From positions 5,461 to 69,460 of the IMG/VR virus record IMGVR_UViG_3300017788_002590: 64,000 nucleotides of DNA. One strand, 5' to 3'. The position numbers and the translations under genes are program-made. Under the pieces are notes generated by a model. That model ran no database searches and had not been told where the DNA came from. It was given only the letters and a program-made list of their open reading frames with translations. The stretch comes from a virus. Shown piece after piece: positions 58,771 to 64,000 of this stretch (position 1 is its first letter; each line of letters starts with the position of its first letter).

Positions 58771-60600
58771 TTATGCATACTTATAATATAGGGTAGTTTC
58801 ATTAAATTTTTCTCTTAGTGTCATAACCGGCCAAAATTGAGAATGATTTATATTTTGTCTTGGAAATCCATCATTTAGAGAAATAGCATACAACATACCA
58901 AATGCTGCTTGTTGTTTAGAACAATAATATTGTTCACATTTATCTGCTGGTCCATGATTACCACATTCTTCTCTACAATCATAATATTCAGTATCTGAGT
59001 AAAATTTAATCATACATTTTAGATGAGTTTCTGTTACCAGAAAACAACCAGGAGGTAATGGACCCCAAGAAGGATTTCCTCCCGAGATCCAGTCTCCCCA
59101 AGGTAAAGATAAAACATAAACACATTCGTTAAATTCTGTTTTTGTATCATCATAACCTATAATAGCATAAGTGGTGTACCATATTCTATCAGGATAGGCT
59201 ACTCCTTGTGAGTCTCTATTTGCTGGGAAACCAACATTAGAAAATAATAAAACACCGTAACCGTTCCAAAGTAAATCTTTGACAGCGTCTACCATTGCTT
59301 GAGTATTTGTGACAGGTGTGCGTCCTGCAACTGAACTACCTGCTGCTAGTACCGCAGAAATAGTTCTTGCTCTAAATATACCATTGAATCCGGGAAAAAC
59401 ATTTGGGTTCACAGTATCTTCATTAGTACTTACAGGATATCGCGCATAATTCCATCCGTTGATACTTTGAAAATACTCCAAAAAGACACTATCCGGAGCA
59501 GAGTGCATTATCGATCCTGTATGATTTTGAAAATTTGCAAAACCATCATATAGTTTTCTTTCTAATAATCCTATGTGTCTCATGTAATATGTATATTCTA
59601 TATATGAGCTTTGATCATCTGTATATGGTCCTTTATATAGGAAAGCTCTATTGTCAGAAAAGTATATCATATCATTCGCTCTTAACTTGTTTATTGTTGT
59701 TGATAGATATAGCATCTCTACTGGTCCAGCAGCTTGTCTATCATTAGTAGTCGGCACATCTGTTCCCGGACCTCCCCACCCCCTATCTCCCCATTGGGTT
59801 GTAAAGAAAGAAGTACTCGGCATGTGCAAATAATAACTGTTTCTTGGACGAATATTAATACTGCCAGCTTCTGTTGGCGGTATATTATATGAAAAATCTA
59901 ATTTTGTTGTCAATATTGCTTTACAACATAAATTAATATGAGCAGGGACTCCGCCGCCGATAAGGCAACAAAAGTCTCTTTCGGACGGAGGATCAGGACA
60001 CTCTCGACATGATCTACATTGGGGTTCAGCTAATGGATTGGATGGCTGTATACAGGTTCTTTTTGTTGAGACAGTTCCCCATCCGTCGTTGGGAAAACAA
60101 GACATGTCGCCAACACCTGGTCCTCTAGCGGAATAGTGAGAAGAATTAAAAACAGAAACCAAATCAGGACCAAGAGTCATTAAACAATCAGGCAGAGAAT
60201 TTGATCCAAAGTATTCAATATATTCTGTTGCTCCTCTATGATGCCAATACTGTTTGGTATTATCTGCATATAATTTACAAGATCTAGCAATATCGGCAGC
60301 ATTTCTAACAGAATGAGCTGTTCCAGACTTTATTGTGGTCTGGATTTCTGTAAATGCTTCTACGTCTAATGCTTGTAAAAACTTATACGGTAAACCCAAC
60401 CTGTTACGGCCTGTTCCAACAATTTGGCTTCCATTATAGCAGGGATATCTGACGTGTTTTAGAAATTGAACAACTCTTGTAGCATAGTATGGTGTTCCCC
60501 TACCATAAGCCTTATCTCCTACTAATGGATCGATTCCAAACTTAGCCGGTTCACATGGTGTTGTAGAATATTCTTCGTGTAATTGTTTAGGAGTAAGCAT
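58771..60600 (-). CDS. Papain-fold (C1-like) protein lacking the catalytic triad, with Cys-rich insert
   Basis: QTTIKSGTAH ~ QxxxGSCWA, TTYAIIGYD ~ HAVxxVGY, SLPWGDW ~ KNSWGxxW. Confidence 0.55.
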   Translation of the reverse strand: MLTPKQLHEEYSTTPCEPAKFGIDPLVGDKAYGRGTPYYATRVVQFLKHVRYPCYNGSQIVGTGRNRLGLPYKFLQALDVEAFTEIQTTIKSGTAHSVRNAADIARSCKLYADNTKQYWHHRGATEYIEYFGSNSLPDCLMTLGPDLVSVFNSSHYSARGPGVGDMSCFPNDGWGTVSTKRTCIQPSNPLAEPQCRSCRECPDPPSERDFCCLIGGGVPAHINLCCKAILTTKLDFSYNIPPTEAGSINIRPRNSYYLHMPSTSFFTTQWGDRGWGGPGTDVPTTNDRQAAGPVEMLYLSTTINKLRANDMIYFSDNRAFLYKGPYTDDQSSYIEYTYYMRHIGLLERKLYDGFANFQNHTGSIMHSAPDSVFLEYFQSINGWNYARYPVSTNEDTVNPNVFPGFNGIFRARTISAVLAAGSSVAGRTPVTNTQAMVDAVKDLLWNGYGVLLFSNVGFPANRDSQGVAYPDRIWYTTYAIIGYDDTKTEFNECVYVLSLPWGDWISGGNPSWGPLPPGCFLVTETHLKCMIKFYSDTEYYDCREECGNHGPADKCEQYYCSKQQAAFGMLYAISLNDGFPRQNINHSQFWPVMTLREKFNETTLYYKYA

Positions 60601-61528
60601 GATTGATTAGTGTTTTATTATTAAGGTATGTATATTTTGTATAATATTCTGCTTGTTGTGTGTTTAACCAATTAATAGTTATATCTTTATTTACTCTATG
60701 TTCTTTGATTTTACCGTATATATTTACATTTTCAAGAATATAACATTCTTGGTTACAAAGTTCTACCATGTGCAGTTTTCTAACACCAGGAATTTTTGAT
60801 GTTAAAATAATTTTTGTAGGTAAAAAAGAATATCCTATCTTTCTTCTTTGAGATCCTAAATATCCTGATAGTCTTTCCATAGAGTGTGCATATTTACCTT
60901 CATAGGTATCTGTTACGTGTCCGGTTTCTTGTTCCAGCTTGTCTTTTAGTGAATCAAAATACACCACAAAAGGATCGAATATGGAGCATCTAGCAATGAA
61001 CATATTTCCTGCAATAAAAGTTTTTCTTTTTATTTTTGAGTAATCAATATTGATAGTATTACAAATTTCTATTATTTTTGCACTATTATAGAGTTCCTGA
61101 TTTTTGTACAAAAACACTTTAGATCCAATTATATCATGATAATCTTTTTCTAGTCTATCTATATTTTTCATAAATACAGACGGAACCAATAAATCATTTA
61201 AAAGAATATTTAACCAATTAATTTGTTTATTATATCCTAAGCAACTTTTTTTAGAGTGTAGTTTGATACAATATTTATGTTTATTATCAGCTAGTTTTAA
61301 TTGATACAAAAAAGGAAGAACGTCTGCTCCGGCATTGTGGTAGTACTCGATTGTCAAGTTTGGAGAAAATATCTGACTAAAAATATGTTCTATGTCTAAA
61401 TTTTGTATTGTATCACATAGCCCTAAATATAAATGAATATGTTTTTTAATTGGCAATAAAAGATTAATAAACTCTTGATATAAATCAGTATGGTACAACC
61501 ACAGAAAAACAGCTATTTCATTTTTCAT
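60587..61528 (-). CDS. RgpF-like (rhamnan synthesis F) protein
   Basis: NAGADVLPF, KLHSKKS, FIAGNMF, AHSMERL. Confidence 0.75.
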   Translation of the reverse strand: MKNEIAVFLWLYHTDLYQEFINLLLPIKKHIHLYLGLCDTIQNLDIEHIFSQIFSPNLTIEYYHNAGADVLPFLYQLKLADNKHKYCIKLHSKKSCLGYNKQINWLNILLNDLLVPSVFMKNIDRLEKDYHDIIGSKVFLYKNQELYNSAKIIEICNTINIDYSKIKRKTFIAGNMFIARCSIFDPFVVYFDSLKDKLEQETGHVTDTYEGKYAHSMERLSGYLGSQRRKIGYSFLPTKIILTSKIPGVRKLHMVELCNQECYILENVNIYGKIKEHRVNKDITINWLNTQQAEYYTKYTYLNNKTLINHAYS

Positions 61529-62751
61529 AATGGCACAACTTCCAAAAAACGATGACCATTGATACTGATATTAGTAATATAACCAGTTGCTATAATATTA
61601 CCAGTTATAGATATAGGATTTCCATTTTCTTGATATGTTCCTTGCCACAACAAAGGCGCAACAGGAGGTGTGAACCACGGCTCTGTGAGAAAAAACGCTA
61701 ATCCTCCAGAGGGATTGCTGTATCCTTCTAATGTGTTTAGAGCTATATTAAAAAAAGATAAAAAAAATGCATTATCTATACTATGAGATTTAGATTGTGC
61801 TATTTGGTTATGATTTGTATGTATTTTGACATCTGTGTATTCATATAAAGGAGCAGAGTATATCTTATTAGATAAATTATTTAATTCATACGAAATACTA
61901 TATAAAGATGGTATTAAAGTGCCTTGAGTAATTGATCCAACAGAATAAGTTGACCAAGTTACTGGTTGTCCAGTCGGGCCGGTTATTGTTGGCTGTGTTG
62001 CTGGTATATATGTGGTTATAGAAATATTATTATAATAGCCTTCACATTTCCATTTTGTATAACTAAGACTTTGAATAGCAGAAGGAAAAATTAAAGGAAA
62101 TAAAAGGTGTTCGTCCATAGACGATGTACCAGTAGGTATGGTGTAAGTGTTATACTTATCATATATCTTTGAAAGCATACCAATTTCACAAGAATGAGGC
62201 CAATCAGAATTAGTTTTAAAATACAAACCAGTTCCTACAGTAGCATTAAGTCCTGTTGTAGATATTATTCCAGTAAAATATTTTCCACCAGCTCCGCCAT
62301 AGCCCGAATTAGCTGGACTATTTGTAGAAAATTGTATTTCAATATTATTACCGGCTATTGCATTTAGACCAGTATTATATAGTATTCCTGTATATGGCCA
62401 TATTGTTTCGTATTCTTTTACCAACAAATTTTCTGTTTTTAAATTAATACCGGTAGTAGAAATATTTTGTCTGTATGGGTATTCATTATCATACGTTAGG
62501 TTGATAAGATTACCTTGTTTTTGATGAGTGGTGATAGTAATTGTATTACTACCACTATTGTAGTATCCAGAAAACCCAGATACAATAAAAATCATTTCAT
62601 CTAATCTAATAATGTCTTGTCTAATTTGTTTTAGGCTAATTTTAACATTATCAGGAAAAGCGCCTTGTTGATTATATCCCGTAACGATAACAGTTAGATC
62701 GTCATCGTATATCTTATTGACAGGTGATAGCTGTGATATTCTGGAATCCAT
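61525..62751 (-). CDS. Probable tail fibre/appendage protein
   Basis: N-terminal RISQL...DDLTVIVTG module; internal (S/N)TG(L/I)N repeats. Confidence 0.55.
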   Translation of the reverse strand: MDSRISQLSPVNKIYDDDLTVIVTGYNQQGAFPDNVKISLKQIRQDIIRLDEMIFIVSGFSGYYNSGSNTITITTHQKQGNLINLTYDNEYPYRQNISTTGINLKTENLLVKEYETIWPYTGILYNTGLNAIAGNNIEIQFSTNSPANSGYGGAGGKYFTGIISTTGLNATVGTGLYFKTNSDWPHSCEIGMLSKIYDKYNTYTIPTGTSSMDEHLLFPLIFPSAIQSLSYTKWKCEGYYNNISITTYIPATQPTITGPTGQPVTWSTYSVGSITQGTLIPSLYSISYELNNLSNKIYSAPLYEYTDVKIHTNHNQIAQSKSHSIDNAFFLSFFNIALNTLEGYSNPSGGLAFFLTEPWFTPPVAPLLWQGTYQENGNPISITGNIIATGYITNISINGHRFLEVVPL

Positions 62752-62752
62752 A

Positions 62753-63574
62753 TCATGTTACTTTTTCTGCCTTTATCCAACTACCGGGAAGTACTTGACC
62801 GTCTGTACCATTTACTCCCCATTTAAAACTTAATCTATCAGATTCATGTACATATGTTTGAGCAGTAAATTTTGTTACTATGGTTATTTGTCCTGAATTT
62901 ATCCCGCTACCAATTAAAACCATTTTATCAGATCTATTTATATTACCTGTAACAGGAAAAGATGTGGAATAACTTCTGAAATTAATAGGTTCTTGATATT
63001 GCCATGTTCCATAAACATTTAGCAGATTAGCGTTCGAAGCATCAATACCTGTTGTTGCAATTAATCCAGAAAATTCTGTTGATGAGGATGTACCACTTGT
63101 AATTATTCCTAGTTCTATTAAGTATTTAGAATTTGGCAATAAATTCATACTTAGTTCTGGAATACTGTTGATAGTTCCGGTTTTTGCGCTTGTTGTTCCT
63201 AGTATTGATATTTGTTGAGATACTAAACCACTAACAGCACTGTTAAAATCCGTAATATTAGAAGATGTATGAGTATGACTAGCAAGAGCTAAACCCGTAG
63301 CACATATAGAGATTGTGTTCATCTTTGCAGGGGATAATCCGGTATTGATTTGTGGTATAATTTGTATACCTGTGCATCCACTAACCATTTCATTTATGCG
63401 AAATGTCCAAGCAGCCATGCCGGATAAGGGTACTTTTGAAGTTACTAGTTGCTTATATCCTAGACTAGGATCGCTTGGATCAACATATTGATTTACTCCT
63501 GTAACAACAACAATAAAATCAGCATCGTGAACGCGTGTGCCTAAACTTAATTCAGATATTTTACGATCAGCCAT
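62753..63574 (-). CDS. Probable tail fibre/appendage protein
   Basis: MADRKISEL...DFIVVVTG module; HTHTSSNITDF fibre-type HxH repeat. Confidence 0.6.
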   Translation of the reverse strand: MADRKISELSLGTRVHDADFIVVVTGVNQYVDPSDPSLGYKQLVTSKVPLSGMAAWTFRINEMVSGCTGIQIIPQINTGLSPAKMNTISICATGLALASHTHTSSNITDFNSAVSGLVSQQISILGTTSAKTGTINSIPELSMNLLPNSKYLIELGIITSGTSSSTEFSGLIATTGIDASNANLLNVYGTWQYQEPINFRSYSTSFPVTGNINRSDKMVLIGSGINSGQITIVTKFTAQTYVHESDRLSFKWGVNGTDGQVLPGSWIKAEKVT

Positions 63575-63587
63575 ATTTTGTATCCTT

Positions 63588-63836
63588 TCACGTATTTAAG
63601 AATTTATTGTATAGTATTAAGCTTATAATTCCGCCAGCAACTCCCATAAATATACCAGAAGGACTTAGACTATCGTAAGTACCCAAGATATATAGTATAG
63701 CGCCTCCCATGTAAGAACCAGCAACACCCAAAGCTATTGTTTGGAAAAAACCTAGTCTGAGATTTAGAGGAACTATAGCTTTTGCTAACGAACCAACAAA
63801 TAAGCCGTAAATTACCCATATGAGCAAATTAAACAT
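63588..63836 (-). CDS. GlsB/YeaQ/YmgE (transglycosylase-associated) membrane protein
   Basis: WVIYGLFVGSLAKAIVP, TIALGVAGSYMGG; three hydrophobic segments. Confidence 0.8.
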   Translation of the reverse strand: MFNLLIWVIYGLFVGSLAKAIVPLNLRLGFFQTIALGVAGSYMGGAILYILGTYDSLSPSGIFMGVAGGIISLILYNKFLNT

Positions 63837-63999
63837 TGTGAGTTGCCTCCAGAAGTGTTAAAGATTCTTCGTCATTAAGATTCTTACCAACTTCCATGAT
63901 GGCGTTTTTTAAACTAACTCCATATTGTTTGTATTGTTGTTTGCTTAAATGTTGTTTCACAATTTTATTAACTCTATACTTATTAAGCCAATTATCTTT
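63829..63999 (-). CDS. 3' end of a gene beginning outside the window
   Basis: Open frame KDNWLNKYRV...LLEATHNV* from the window edge, overlapping the next start. Confidence 0.55.
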   Translation of the reverse strand, partial: KDNWLNKYRVNKIVKQHLSKQQYKQYGVSLKNAIMEVGKNLNDEESLTLLEATHNV

Positions 64000-64000
64000 G

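Noticed and set aside
358-59833. Short opposite-strand or nested ORFs in the track (e.g. 358..573, 15434..15769, 24006..24338, 26701..26904, 40765..41163, 57060..57383)
   Set aside because: They lie within or antisense to better-supported genes and show no recognisable motifs.
1-64000. Stop-codon reassignment (code 15 or 4), as in some large phages
   Set aside because: Very long ORFs are intact under the standard code, and TAG and TGA both terminate tightly packed genes (e.g. 14980, 15999, 33811, 24394).

Overview
AT-rich, gene-dense segment of a large tailed-phage (probable jumbo phage) genome, read with the standard bacterial code. No rRNA, tRNA, CRISPR array or IS element was recognised by eye. 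Bases 1-15.0 kb (+) carry large, partly Cys-rich, probable virion tail/baseplate genes (1796 and 2770 aa). From 15.0 kb on, all credible genes are on the - strand. Listed by coordinate: a membrane-anchored YfaP-like protein, an ssDNA-annealing-like protein and a free-standing endonuclease; a glycosyltransferase cluster (17.8-23.9 kb); a bacterial-style replication block (SSB, an intein-free DnaE split into two genes around a DEDDh exonuclease and a 56-aa ORF, PD-(D/E)XK nuclease, dNMP kinase, primase, DnaB, RecA-like protein); PhoH, an intein-containing class II RNR and dCMP deaminase; a 13-kb nucleotide-sugar/glycosyltransferase island (42.3-55.6 kb); and fibre-like genes, an RgpF-like gene and a papain-fold protein lacking its catalytic triad. 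Best leads: the two-subunit C-family polymerase, the phage-encoded complex-glycan system, the pseudo-protease, an apparent ATT start and probable leaderless sigma70 transcripts. All calls come from motif recognition by eye; no database searches were run.
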